A stretch of 64,000 nt of DNA from the NCBI GenBank assembly GCA_947474065.1, contig CANJHD010000007.1:2365-66364 (forward strand). The letters are read 5' to 3'. Both the position numbers and the translations under genes were made by a program. Shown here piece by piece: positions 1-10,070 of the stretch. The notes below the pieces were generated by a model. It was not told the DNA's origin. It worked only from the letters and a program-made list of their open reading frames with translations, and did not search any database. Source of the stretch: Planctomycetaceae bacterium. GTDB taxonomy: Bacteria > Planctomycetota > Phycisphaerae > Phycisphaerales > SM1A02. Position 1 is the stretch's first letter. The number at the start of each line of letters is the position of its first letter.

Positions 1-19
1 CAATGAACTGCGATCAGTA

Positions 20-1588
20 GTGATCGACCAAAGTCCGGTCCGACTTATGCACCACTCAGAGCAAGGTGTAGAGATCGTTACCGAATTGGAAGGTGTCGAA
101 GCAAGCCGCACGCCACACCGTGCACGCTCAGAGATTGTGCAATTCCCGCTCGGCGCGCGCATTGCGATTGCATTTCGATCTGCAGATCCGGAGCGCGACC
201 GCGTTGCCAAAGATGAGATGAATGCCACCGTACCGGACCGCATGGCGCTCATTGTGGATGGGCGCTGTCGCGCGTGGGCGACATTTACATCAGTGCGGCT
301 CATGGCAGCGGTGAATTCAGACCCGTGGTGTATCGATCGTGATAGTCGATTGCTAGCAACTGAAAGCACTCACAGCGCGCTTGCGGCGCAGTTCGCCGCG
401 GCAATTTCTGCGCAATCCATTGATGAAGTCCAGCGTGCCTTGGCGGCAATTAATGCGCAACATGAAGCGTGCGAAGCAACCACCACCGAGCGCGCCGCCG
501 AATGGGAATTGGCGGCCATGCACATACTTGACGGGGGCATGGATGCCGCGTGCGATGCAACTCTCATTGCGCGTTGGATTCCAATCACTAGCCGTGATGA
601 TGCGCTATTGGCAATTCGCCGCTGGAAATCGGCGGGCTATGGTCGATTCGCAACGCGGCTGGCGCTCATTGCTGACATATCCGACGATGAAGTTGCACAC
701 ACTGGCACGAGTCACGCAGGCGATCAACCAGGCTGGGATGCTACTGATGGAATCAATGCTGACGATTCACTTGATCCATTAAAACGCGTGTCCACTGAGT
801 GCGATGCTTCGTTGCTACATGATGGCGCGCTCGTACTTCATGATGCGGTGCAAGCGGAAATTATTTCACATGTCCGCGACAAATTCGTTTCATCCGCAAT
901 GATCGCTGAACTCTGCCTGGTGTGTTCGCAACACAGCGCCGATCTCTATGAGATAAACCAATCGCGAGCCGACGCCATCGCGAGCGACGCGCGTGCGGTT
1001 CTTTCAGTTGCAATACAAGATGGCTCCGCTGTGAGCGATCCGATGGAATATTCGGTGCGATTTGCAACTGACACGGTGTCCGCTGCGTTACGAGACCCGC
1101 TTGATGAAGACGCCATTTCCGCCACGCGAGCGGGCTGGGATATCTGTGCTCATGCAACAATTGCGGCGCTACAGAAAGCCTGTCGCGACGGCGCGACGGC
1201 ACAACAATCAGCGAGTATTCGCAGCGGGGCGATGACCGATACTGACGCGACTCAGCCAACACCGGGGCTGGCATTCGTCGCTGCGCTGCAGCGTGAATTG
1301 CACATACAGCGCGCCATGGTTGGAAATTCCTATTGCCCTGCACTCATCGCGCCAGCCGGAATCTTGCTCCCTGATGCTTCATCAGTCAGCCGCAACATCG
1401 ATCGAATGATTCGTTCGACGATGGACAGCGAAAGACGGCGAGTTGATATTACGGGCGCACTGCTCGGCGAACACCTTGGAGCAGCGCGCGGAGCGACGTC
1501 ACAGCGCAGAATGGTCTCGGCCACCGTAAAGCTCACCATTGGTGTGTTCATGCAGTGGTGTGCGTCAGGGGCGCGACCAGACGAGTGA
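20..1588 (+). CDS. hypothetical protein (522 aa, Ala/Asp-rich, no recognisable domain, no signal peptide or TM segment)
   Basis: Long uninterrupted ORF from GTG at 20. Codon usage resembles neighbouring genes and the competing ORFs inside it are short. I can name no motif. The start is uncertain because internal Met alternatives exist. Confidence 0.5.
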   Translation: MIDQSPVRLMHHSEQGVEIVTELEGVEASRTPHRARSEIVQFPLGARIAIAFRSADPERDRVAKDEMNATVPDRMALIVDGRCRAWATFTSVRLMAAVNSDPWCIDRDSRLLATESTHSALAAQFAAAISAQSIDEVQRALAAINAQHEACEATTTERAAEWELAAMHILDGGMDAACDATLIARWIPITSRDDALLAIRRWKSAGYGRFATRLALIADISDDEVAHTGTSHAGDQPGWDATDGINADDSLDPLKRVSTECDASLLHDGALVLHDAVQAEIISHVRDKFVSSAMIAELCLVCSQHSADLYEINQSRADAIASDARAVLSVAIQDGSAVSDPMEYSVRFATDTVSAALRDPLDEDAISATRAGWDICAHATIAALQKACRDGATAQQSASIRSGAMTDTDATQPTPGLAFVAALQRELHIQRAMVGNSYCPALIAPAGILLPDASSVSRNIDRMIRSTMDSERRRVDITGALLGEHLGAARGATSQRRMVSATVKLTIGVFMQWCASGARPDE

Positions 1589-1887
1589 ACACACTGAAAA
1601 CGGCAACGACCGGACGGCGCGCATGCGCAGCCGTCCGGCTTTGTTGCCTACCCGCCGCCATTTACCGTCAGCGGGTCCAAAGCGATCTCCGCAAAGCACG
1701 GAGCCCTCCGAGTCCCGACCCGAAGGCCGCCAGACTCACGAGGACAATCGAATGCGCTAACCCACGCTGCAAATGAAATCACCGAAATGAATGCGTTCAT
1801 AAGACCGATAATGATGCGCCCACAGGCGCGCGAGACCGACTGTGCGATCTCGGTGACCTGTTCTAGCGCTTCATTGCGACCAATGAC

Positions 1888-2997
1888 TTAGGACACGGAA
1901 CGCAGCAGCGTCACTCGGCCAATTGGCACCCATTCAGCGACCAAGATGTCGCCATTGGCAAGCCAAATCGCGTCATGCGGATGGACGAACTTGCCTGGGA
2001 TGAACTGGTCACGCGAAGCACCGCGGAGGGCGCTCGGGTTGCCATCGCAGAGCTGGACAATCGGGGCATTCTTGGCGTCAAGAATCGTGACAACGCTGTC
2101 AAGGTCAGGAACCAGCATGCGGTCGCCGCGAACCTTCATGTCGCAGGGCTGACGCATGCTGTTAGTCACAAATCCAAGATGCGCGCCGTCGAGGGACATG
2201 TACTGAATGCGTCGATTACCGCGGTCAGCCACCACGAGCGCCGGTTCGCGCGTGAAATTCGTGCCACGCGAGTCAACATAAATGCCGTGCGGGCACGCCA
2301 CTTGACCTGGATCCTTACCAGGACGAGCAATGATCTTCTTCCACTTGCCGTCAGCCGAGAATGCGTGGATGAAACTGGAGCCGTAGCCATCACCGATGAA
2401 CACCGTTCCATCGGGACCAAACGCCGAATTGGTTGGGCACCACTTGTCGGCGGACTCATACACGCCACTCTCCATTGGGCAGCCCGCTTCCCACAGAACC
2501 GTGCCATCAAGCGTGGTCTTGACGACCATGCGCCGACCAGTATCGCAGTGGTACAGGAACTCGGTTCCATTCTCGGTATGCAAGTCCATGCCGTGCGCGC
2601 CGCCGGCAAATTCCTTGCCGAAGCTGCGTAGGAACTTGCCATCTGAGGAATACACATAGACCGCGTCCTTCAGGGTGCTCGACGGGTGCACGGTGTGTGC
2701 TAAGTAGATGTTTCCCTTGGCATCCTGCGCAACGCCGTGGGTGTCACCGAATGCTGCACCACCGGGCGGTGGCACAAGCCAATCGTGATGAACTTCATAG
2801 CGCGTGGATCCACTGCCGACAATCATTGCCGCAGGCGCTGCGGGAGGAACGGTTGGTGGCGTGGCTGAACCCGCGCCAACAGGAGTGCTACCGCCCACCT
2901 GCGAGTTGCCGAATGAACGAGAGGCGATCGATGCAGCGAAACCCGCAGCGCCGAGAGCAGCAGCGGTCGTCAAGAACGATCGTCGTGTGTTATCCAT
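1888..2997 (-). CDS. Tat-exported NHL-repeat six-bladed beta-propeller protein (peptidyl-alpha-hydroxyglycine alpha-amidating lyase-like)
   Basis: N-terminus MDNTRRSFLTTAAALGAAGFAA is a twin-arginine signal. The body has repeated GxxxxPHG/DxxGNIY-type propeller motifs (DAKGNIYLAHT, GPDGTVFIGDG, PHGIYVDSRG, NGDILVAEW). Confidence 0.7.
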   Translation of the reverse strand: MDNTRRSFLTTAAALGAAGFAASIASRSFGNSQVGGSTPVGAGSATPPTVPPAAPAAMIVGSGSTRYEVHHDWLVPPPGGAAFGDTHGVAQDAKGNIYLAHTVHPSSTLKDAVYVYSSDGKFLRSFGKEFAGGAHGMDLHTENGTEFLYHCDTGRRMVVKTTLDGTVLWEAGCPMESGVYESADKWCPTNSAFGPDGTVFIGDGYGSSFIHAFSADGKWKKIIARPGKDPGQVACPHGIYVDSRGTNFTREPALVVADRGNRRIQYMSLDGAHLGFVTNSMRQPCDMKVRGDRMLVPDLDSVVTILDAKNAPIVQLCDGNPSALRGASRDQFIPGKFVHPHDAIWLANGDILVAEWVPIGRVTLLRSVS

Positions 2998-3079
2998 AGG
3001 TTTCTAAATTACCTGTGAGCGCACCCTGGGTTGCCATGAAACCGCCCTGTTTAGTGGTCGCAAGCCCGAGAACTGCACA

Positions 3080-4603
3080 TTAAGGGCCAACCGGTGGCCC
3101 TGCGGTCCCGGAGGTGCCCGGCACGGCGGCTCCGACCACAATTTCCACACCAGGGTGGGCAGCCCGAAAGCGATCAATTCCCTGCGCCGTGATCTGGGTG
3201 TTGAACACATATACGCGCTGCAAACGCGGCAATTTGGCGAGCACCGTGAAGACACCGTCGGTGGCACTGGTGCTCACCAAGTTCACCGTCTCTGCTTCAA
3301 GTGTCCGAGACAAGAGCACAGTGATGCCGACATCGGTCAATGCCGTGTTGTCTACGCGCACCGAGCGAACCAATGGCATTGCTGGCATTTGCATCATGCC
3401 AGCATCGGAAACTGATGCACGCGCAAACGACAGTTCCTCAATCTGCGGCGCAATCGGAATGAGTGCAGCAAGGGCGACATCGCCCACACCCTTTCCGCCC
3501 GGAATACTCACCGCAAATGTCGACGCCCCGACAGAGAGCGGAACAGCATTGATCCCCTTTCCGCGCAGAGCGGCCGCCTCAGCCACCTGCGAATCAGACA
3601 ACGCCGGCAAACCAGCAGTTCGGCCTTTGCCGACCTTCACTGGACCGCGACTCTCGGCGGTGGATGCGGGCACTGGCGCGCCACGGACTCCGCCTGCCTC
3701 ACTCGCTTCGCCTGCTGCACTCCCCGCCGGCATCACCGCACCAGCAGCAATCCATGTTCGAAGTACCTCGAGTTGCGACGCCTTCAATCGATCGCCCTTG
3801 GGGGGCATGGCGTCATCATCTTCCGCAGGGAGCATGCAACGCTCAATCATCAGGCTGTGTGCAGGATCACCGGCCTGGACAATCCAAGACCCGCGGGAAT
3901 CGCGAGAAACTAGCGAGGATCTCACATCCATCGAGAGACTGCCCTTGTGCTTTCCATTGCCATGGCACTCATAGCAGCGATCCTGAAGAATGGGCAACAC
4001 ATTCGATGTGTAGTACGCCAGTTTGTCTAGTTCTGTGTCACTTCCTGGAGTCGTGCCTGCGGAAGCTGTGCCACTCCCCGCCCCTTGCTTCGCTCCTGTG
4101 TCGTCCTTCGCTGGCGCGCCACCCAATGCCTTGAGGATCGGCTGCAACACGTAATTTTCGCCCCACACCATGTCACCGCCAAGATGTCCAACCCATCCCA
4201 CCAACAATACTGATGCAAGGAGCACACTCCGCACGATTGGGGTGATTTGTGCGCCTTCACCGGAACTACGCGTTGCGCGCGCTGCTAACCAAGCAAGAGC
4301 GATCAGGACGATGGACGCCGCGATCCCCAACCATCGATGCCAGAAGAGTAGATCCGAGCTGGCCTCACTCTCGGCAAAGAACCACCCTGTACCACTCGCT
4401 GCTACGGCACCAAGCGCTGCAAGACCCAACGCAATCGGTGTGAAGGCGGAAACCGTCGGTCGCCTCTGAATGAGGCGCGTCACTTCGACGGCAAAGGCTG
4501 CAAACACGAGCCCAAGCGGCAGATGAACCATCAATGGGTGCAGCCGACCAAAGGACTCTAGGACTGGCGAAATGGCGTCAGCAATGACAATCGCGGAATG
4601 CAT
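3080..4603 (-). CDS. membrane protein with N-terminal DUF2231-like TM region, planctomycete-type cytochrome c domain (PSCyt1) and C-terminal leucine-rich repeats
   Basis: HPLMVHLPLGL plus 4-5 TM helices. Haem-binding CYECHG followed by DDDAMPPKG...L..WI, as in PSCyt1. The C-terminus has LRR-like L..L..V.V.NT.LTD repeats. Confidence 0.7.
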   Translation of the reverse strand: MHSAIVIADAISPVLESFGRLHPLMVHLPLGLVFAAFAVEVTRLIQRRPTVSAFTPIALGLAALGAVAASGTGWFFAESEASSDLLFWHRWLGIAASIVLIALAWLAARATRSSGEGAQITPIVRSVLLASVLLVGWVGHLGGDMVWGENYVLQPILKALGGAPAKDDTGAKQGAGSGTASAGTTPGSDTELDKLAYYTSNVLPILQDRCYECHGNGKHKGSLSMDVRSSLVSRDSRGSWIVQAGDPAHSLMIERCMLPAEDDDAMPPKGDRLKASQLEVLRTWIAAGAVMPAGSAAGEASEAGGVRGAPVPASTAESRGPVKVGKGRTAGLPALSDSQVAEAAALRGKGINAVPLSVGASTFAVSIPGGKGVGDVALAALIPIAPQIEELSFARASVSDAGMMQMPAMPLVRSVRVDNTALTDVGITVLLSRTLEAETVNLVSTSATDGVFTVLAKLPRLQRVYVFNTQITAQGIDRFRAAHPGVEIVVGAAVPGTSGTAGPPVGP

Positions 4604-4641
4604 GTTCCAAGCGTACCCCGATGGAAGTACGGTGTTGCAAG

Positions 4642-5817
4642 ATGACCGCGCCGCGCACGATTCTCCATGCCGATCTTGACGCTTTTTTTGCGTCGGTAGA
4701 GCAACTGGACCACCCAGAAATGCGCGGTCAGCCGGTGCTTGTTGGCGGACGCTCGGGACGAAGCGTGGTCGCTACGGCTAGCTACGAGGCACGTCGATTT
4801 GGATGCCGAAGCGCTATGCCTATGACACGCGCCCTGGCACTCTGTCCGCACGCCGTGGTGGCGACGCCCCGCTTTGAGCGTTACTCGGAACTGAGTGATC
4901 AGTTCATGGAGATCCTTGGGCGCTACTCCCCACTCGTCGAAGCGCTCAGTGTGGACGAGGCATTCATTGATGTCACGGGTAGCCGACTGCTGCATGGTGA
5001 TGGACTGAGCATTGCCCGCGCTATCCGCGCAGCAACGCAAACAGAACTCGGCCTAACAGTCAGCGTTGGGATTGGTGCCAACAAGTTTGTTGCCAAACTC
5101 GCAAGCGACATGAACAAGCCGGACGGAATCACCGAATCGCCACTCGATGACTCTTCACTCCTTGCAAACTGGCTCGCGCCGATCGGTATCGAGCGCATGT
5201 GGGGCATCGGACCAAAGTCACTTCCACGATTCCACGCGGCAAAGGTGAATACGTTTGGCGACCTGCAGCTCATGGCTGAACATGATGTGCTTGCACAGCT
5301 TGGACACCACGCAATTGACATGCGATCGCGGGCGCTCGGTATTGACAGCCGCGCCGTAGAAACCGTCCGTGATCGCAAAGGTGTTGGTCACGAGACCACC
5401 TTTGCAGACGACGTCAGCGATCAGGAATCCATCCTAGAAACGCTGCTATTTCTGGTGGAAAGCGCAGCACGGCGGTTGCGAAGCAACGGGAGCACCACGC
5501 GGCGCATCACCATCAAGATCCGCTTCGGCGACTTTGAGACCATCACGCGCAGCACCACTCTTGATGCGGACACTGATCGGACGCTCGTGATTCTTGCCGC
5601 CGCCAAGGATCTCTTCAAGCGCTGGGCCGCACGAGAGTTCGTAGCAGTTCGATTGATTGGCGTGCGGCTTGAGTGCACGGCGCCCGGCGACGAAACCCAA
5701 GCATCACTGTTCGCCGATCCACAAGCCGAGCGTGATCGCACCGTTGACCGCGTCGCCGATGCCATTGAACGCAAGTTTGGCAAGGGCATGATTGGGCGCG
5801 GGCGACCCGAGCCGTAG
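4642..5817 (+). CDS. dinB: DNA polymerase IV (Y-family)
   Basis: ILHADLDAFFASVEQ, SVDEAFIDVT and VGIGANKFVAKLASD motifs. The ORF opens at 4621 and Met at 4642 fits the usual N-terminus better. Confidence 0.9.
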   Translation: MTAPRTILHADLDAFFASVEQLDHPEMRGQPVLVGGRSGRSVVATASYEARRFGCRSAMPMTRALALCPHAVVATPRFERYSELSDQFMEILGRYSPLVEALSVDEAFIDVTGSRLLHGDGLSIARAIRAATQTELGLTVSVGIGANKFVAKLASDMNKPDGITESPLDDSSLLANWLAPIGIERMWGIGPKSLPRFHAAKVNTFGDLQLMAEHDVLAQLGHHAIDMRSRALGIDSRAVETVRDRKGVGHETTFADDVSDQESILETLLFLVESAARRLRSNGSTTRRITIKIRFGDFETITRSTTLDADTDRTLVILAAAKDLFKRWAAREFVAVRLIGVRLECTAPGDETQASLFADPQAERDRTVDRVADAIERKFGKGMIGRGRPEP

Positions 5818-5824
5818 CGACACG

Positions 5825-7249
5825 TCACTCACCGGCACTAGCGCGCATGTTGTTGTACGCATTGAGAGCAGCCACTCGGTAGCACTCCGCGTAAGTCGGA
5901 TAGTTGAAGACGTTGGACAGGAAGAAGTCCAAGCCGCCACTCAGGCGAATGACCGCCTGCCCAATGTGCACCAACTCAGTTGCATTTGCGCCAAGAATGT
6001 GCACGCCAAGCAGCACGCGCGTTTCGCGATGGAAGATCAGTTTCAGGAATCCGTCAGCGGTTTGGTCTATTTTCCCGCGCGCGATTTCACTGTATCTGGC
6101 AACGCCGATTTCATACGGAACTTTATCTGCACTCAACTTCTGCTCTGTGGCACCAGCGCTACTCAGTTCGGGAATTGCGTAGATGCCGACGGGATAACTA
6201 TCGCCCATCGGACTGACTGGCGCACCGAACATTGCAAGTGCAGCGATCCGACCCTGCGCTGCACTGGTGGCTGAAAGTGACGGAAAGCCAATCAGGTCGC
6301 CAGCGGCAAAGATCGAAGGCGTAGTAGTTCGGTAATAATCATCAACCTTGATCCGCCCGCGCTCGTCAGCGACAAGCCCCGCGCACTCAAGGTGCATCCC
6401 TTCCACGCATCCCTGCCGCCCACCTGAAATGACTGCGGCATCGGCAGTGACGCGCTTGCCGCTTTCTAGTTCTACTTGGACGCGACGCGTTGGCTCTTCA
6501 AGAACCGCGATCGAGGTGACGTTTTCGTTGCACCGGAAGATCATGTCATGCGTGCGCATCTCATGCATGAGTTCATCCACGGCTTCGTGATCCATGAATG
6601 AAATCGGCCGCGCGGCGCGCTCTACCAGCGTGACCTTCGTCCCGAGCGATGCAAAGAATGAAGCATATTCAATACCAATGACTCCGCCACCAACAACAAC
6701 CAAAGTGCGGGGGATCTCGCGAAGCTTTCCGACTGTGTCACTGGTCAGCACAATCGGCGACTCTTCGCTTGATTGATCAGGGCACCCCGCCGGGATCACA
6801 GGTCGCGTGCCAGAGGCGACCAGTGTGAAAGCTGTGGTAACAGTCCGATCGCCATCCGCGCTGTCGATCATGATTGTGTTTGCATCAACAAAGGATGCAA
6901 ACCCCCAGAAAATTTTCACTCCGTTGCGAACCAACATCGAGCGGATGAGCTGTTGCTCTTCCTGAATCACTGAGGAAACACGCTCGAGTAATTGCGGCAT
7001 CGTCATCTGAACATGATCAACACCGATTGCCTCGAGAGACCTTTGGACAGTACCCCGCTTCAGGCTAATGACAGCTTCACGAAAGGTCTTGGAAGGAAGC
7101 GTTCCGAGGTGCACCGACACCCCGCCAACGCCGCGCTTGCGTTCGACCATTGCCACGCGCTTTCCAAGTTTGGCTGCCTGAATTGCCGCACTCTGTCCAG
7201 CGGGACCACTGCCAATCACCACAAGGTCATATTCGTAGATGGCTTCCAT
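5825..7249 (-). CDS. sthA: soluble pyridine nucleotide transhydrogenase (SthA-type flavoprotein)
   Basis: YDLVVIGSGPAGQ FAD fold. GGV.VHLGTLPSK lacks the CxxxxC disulfide of Lpd. C-terminal FNYPTYAECYRVAALN matches the SthA signature FNYPTMAEAYRVAALN. Confidence 0.85.
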   Translation of the reverse strand: MEAIYEYDLVVIGSGPAGQSAAIQAAKLGKRVAMVERKRGVGGVSVHLGTLPSKTFREAVISLKRGTVQRSLEAIGVDHVQMTMPQLLERVSSVIQEEQQLIRSMLVRNGVKIFWGFASFVDANTIMIDSADGDRTVTTAFTLVASGTRPVIPAGCPDQSSEESPIVLTSDTVGKLREIPRTLVVVGGGVIGIEYASFFASLGTKVTLVERAARPISFMDHEAVDELMHEMRTHDMIFRCNENVTSIAVLEEPTRRVQVELESGKRVTADAAVISGGRQGCVEGMHLECAGLVADERGRIKVDDYYRTTTPSIFAAGDLIGFPSLSATSAAQGRIAALAMFGAPVSPMGDSYPVGIYAIPELSSAGATEQKLSADKVPYEIGVARYSEIARGKIDQTADGFLKLIFHRETRVLLGVHILGANATELVHIGQAVIRLSGGLDFFLSNVFNYPTYAECYRVAALNAYNNMRASAGE

Positions 7250-7276
7250 GAGCGGTGCAGCGTAGCGGCTCAGCGC

Positions 7277-7921
7277 TTACTTCTTAGCGGGCGGCCAGCA
7301 CAGAACCCCCCAATCATCGGAATACCCGTGATTGATGACCACTTGGATCGCAGCAAGCGCAACCGCGTCCAAAATCATTGACGTGCGCTTCAGAACAGTA
7401 CGGTTCTCCCGGCTGCCATAAGTAGAACCACCCTGCGCCAACTGCGCATGAACTAAAGCGCATCGTTCCAGAAGGTGAGCTAACACTCGATCCCATCGGC
7501 GGCGAGCGAGCAGGTCCTTGAGATCAACAGCGTCAAAGTGCCGGGCGAGGTAACGATCAACAAACATGCTCGCCACCAGCGTGCGATCGCGGTTAAGCGT
7601 GGCGGCAATTATTCCGTCCTGATCCGTGGCTGCCAGTTGCTTCACAAACGCCGCAAGAGCTGCGCGTTCCGTCATTGGCTGATTGCGCGCAACATCCCAA
7701 CGCGCGCACAGCGCTGATAGCCCCGCCCACTGCGCGAGCATCCGATCGTCGAGTTCAGACTCACGACAAGACTCTGCATGCTCAAGCCACGTAAAGGCGC
7801 GATGAATGCGAATCCGATTGTCTTCATAAAGCCGCGCATTGGCGTACGAATCACGGCGCGGCTTCCACAATTTGCGAAGCGTAGAAAGGTCGAGTGGTGC
7901 CGAGAGAATGCTGGTGCGCAT
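7277..7921 (-). CDS. hypothetical all-alpha protein (about 214 aa)
   Basis: The ORF is open to 8035, but that part overlaps the CDF gene end. Met at 7921 (MRTSILSAP...) avoids the overlap. The only motif seen is a single R-x4-H (ERCALVHAQ) near the C-terminus. Confidence 0.5.
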   Translation of the reverse strand: MRTSILSAPLDLSTLRKLWKPRRDSYANARLYEDNRIRIHRAFTWLEHAESCRESELDDRMLAQWAGLSALCARWDVARNQPMTERAALAAFVKQLAATDQDGIIAATLNRDRTLVASMFVDRYLARHFDAVDLKDLLARRRWDRVLAHLLERCALVHAQLAQGGSTYGSRENRTVLKRTSMILDAVALAAIQVVINHGYSDDWGVLCWPPAKK

Positions 7922-7965
7922 AGGTCTGAAGCGTAGCGTTGAACCGCAACACAGACGACCCGCAG

Positions 7966-8904
7966 TCAACCCGTCGCAGCGGCAGGCTCGTCCCACGGCT
8001 CGATGTGCGCGGTGGCATTGCCGCCGTCCGTGCATCCAAGTGCAACCTCTATCTCATACTCAATGGACGATGCCAACTCATGCGCAGTCCGTACATCAAG
8101 CGAATCATCCACTTGGACGTGGAAATCCACCCAATGATGCCTGCCGATGTGCCGCGTGCGAAGCTTGTGCCAACCACGAATCAACGGCTCGCGGGCCCCC
8201 GCCGTACCACTGATGTGAGCGTCCAGAATCTTGCGAACCGTCTCGTAATCGCCCGCGTCTTGCTCATCAACCAATTCTCCAAGCGAGCGGCGCACCATGC
8301 GAACTCCCAGACCAACCAAGATGCATGCCATCAGGATTGCAACCAGAGGATCGATCCAAGCCAGTCCGGACATTCGCACTGCCACGAGTGCAGCGATCGC
8401 GCCGACACTGGTAATCGCGTCTGAAATCAAATGACGACCGTCGCCCACAAGCGCAGCCGAACCGCTTCGGCGCCCAAGCTTCATCAACCATGCGCCAAGC
8501 GCTCCGTTTCCGATGGCGGTAGCACCAATGAGAAGCAAACCCCATTCGATGCGCTGAACACTGACATCACCAGCGAGCAGGCGATGCACCGCTTCCCAAA
8601 CGATGCTCGCTCCGGCGGCGCCAATGAGTGCACCTTCGACTGACATGCTGACAAATTCGAAGCGCCCATGCCCATAGGGGTGCGTGCGATCCGCGGGTCG
8701 ATGCGCCTGTGAAATTGCCCAGAGCGCGAATCCACTTGCAACAACGTTGATGATGGACTCGAGCGCATCGCTATAGACCGCTGAAGAACCCGTCACTCGC
8801 CAAGCGATGAACTTGACCGCCATCAGCACAACGCCCGCAGCCACAGCTATCGCCGCAGCGCGCCGCTCAATAGCGTGCATGGCTGCAGCGGCTTCAGTTG
8901 CCAT
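7966..8904 (-). CDS. cation diffusion facilitator (CDF) family metal efflux transporter
   Basis: Six TM helices, SDALESIIN and HLISDAITS metal-site motifs, and a C-terminal cytoplasmic domain ending in HIEPW. I chose Met at 8904. The ORF is open to 9048, but that stretch overlaps the upstream HlyD gene. Confidence 0.85.
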   Translation of the reverse strand: MATEAAAAMHAIERRAAAIAVAAGVVLMAVKFIAWRVTGSSAVYSDALESIINVVASGFALWAISQAHRPADRTHPYGHGRFEFVSMSVEGALIGAAGASIVWEAVHRLLAGDVSVQRIEWGLLLIGATAIGNGALGAWLMKLGRRSGSAALVGDGRHLISDAITSVGAIAALVAVRMSGLAWIDPLVAILMACILVGLGVRMVRRSLGELVDEQDAGDYETVRKILDAHISGTAGAREPLIRGWHKLRTRHIGRHHWVDFHVQVDDSLDVRTAHELASSIEYEIEVALGCTDGGNATAHIEPWDEPAAATG

Positions 8905-10024
8905 TGGCAGGTGACGTTGATTGAGCAGCGGTCGGAGCAGCGCCGGGTGCAGCCACCGGATCCGGAGCCCCCGCATCGCCGGCACTTTCAATAAAGACAT
9001 CAAGGAGCTGCCCAGGGGCCACCGGAACCTTGGGGTCCACAAACTCATAGATCACTTGCAAGACGCGCGTATCAATGCGCTCGGCGTTCTCTCCAGAGAG
9101 CGTCTTCTTGGGCATGACTAACGGCACGCGGCGCACGAAGGTCACTGGGAAACTCGCCTGCCGGCCGCCGCGCAACGAAGCGATTGCCTTGCCTTTATCA
9201 CTAAATCGCCACGCATCAAGCTCATCAATATCCACGCGGATGTAGAGAGGATCAAGATCCCCAAGCGTCATTTGCGTCTTGGCACCCGGCCCCGCCGCGG
9301 CATACTGGCCAGGTCGCGCGTCAATGCGAAGAATTTCCGCATCAATCGGAGCGCGCGCGATGCAGCGGTCGAGCTCCGTGCGAATCATTCCCACTTCTGC
9401 CTTCGCTGTGGCGACATCCGCCTCAATGACACGCAGATCCTCTGGGTATGTCCCCTTGCGAACGAACTCAAGATTCGCGTCTGCTTCGGCGGACTTCGAT
9501 TGTGCATTAGCAAGGTCGAACTCGCGCGTTGGGAGTTCATTGTGGCTCATGGCACCAGCTTCGCCGATAGCGCGCAGTCGATCAAGTCGCCCCTGCGCGT
9601 CACGCACCGCCGCTCGCATCTGATCTGCTCGAGCCTGCGCTTGCTTGAGTGTCTCTGCCTTCGGCAAACTGCGCGACTGTTCCAAACGCGCCTCGGCGGC
9701 AAGCATGCGCGCTTCGGCACCCAATGCCTGCGCAGTGAGCGCACGACGATCGATGATGAAGAGCGGGTCACCCTTAACGACTCGCTGACCTTCCTTCACC
9801 ATGACTTCTTCAATGAGTCCACTCACAGGCGCGCCAAGTTCAATGAGCTCCGATGATGGCTCAACAATTCCCGAGCCACTGACGCGGTCGCCGTAGGGCG
9901 AAGTCACCGGAGGCACCATCGGCGGGGGCGACGGCAGAGCTGCGTTCTGCTTGGCGACGGTGTACGCCGAAGCAACGATGCCAACGACTGCGAGTATCGG
10001 GAGTGCGATGAACTTCCAATTCAT
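8894..10024 (-). CDS. HlyD-family periplasmic adaptor (DevB/MacA-like)
   Basis: N-terminal TM anchor, a biotinyl-lipoyl-like hairpin (V.EGQRV.KGDPLF.ID), a long Ala/Arg/Glu coiled coil and a beta-barrel C-terminus. Confidence 0.85.
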   Translation of the reverse strand: MNWKFIALPILAVVGIVASAYTVAKQNAALPSPPPMVPPVTSPYGDRVSGSGIVEPSSELIELGAPVSGLIEEVMVKEGQRVVKGDPLFIIDRRALTAQALGAEARMLAAEARLEQSRSLPKAETLKQAQARADQMRAAVRDAQGRLDRLRAIGEAGAMSHNELPTREFDLANAQSKSAEADANLEFVRKGTYPEDLRVIEADVATAKAEVGMIRTELDRCIARAPIDAEILRIDARPGQYAAAGPGAKTQMTLGDLDPLYIRVDIDELDAWRFSDKGKAIASLRGGRQASFPVTFVRRVPLVMPKKTLSGENAERIDTRVLQVIYEFVDPKVPVAPGQLLDVFIESAGDAGAPDPVAAPGAAPTAAQSTSPANGN

Positions 10025-10070
10025 GATCTATGCCTAGGTGAGGGGTCTGCGAAGTGCAGGAAAGCGTAGT

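Noticed and set aside
1627-1800. A small minus-strand ORF of about 57 aa with one hydrophobic segment (MNAFISVISFAAWVSAF...) lies in the gap after the NHL-propeller gene, in the same frame as that gene's stop codon.
   Set aside because: It has no ribosome-binding site or conserved motif. The C-terminal half is Arg/Gly-rich and reads as nonsense, and the ORF is below a length where I can support coding from sequence alone. Stop-codon readthrough of the upstream gene would be pure speculation.
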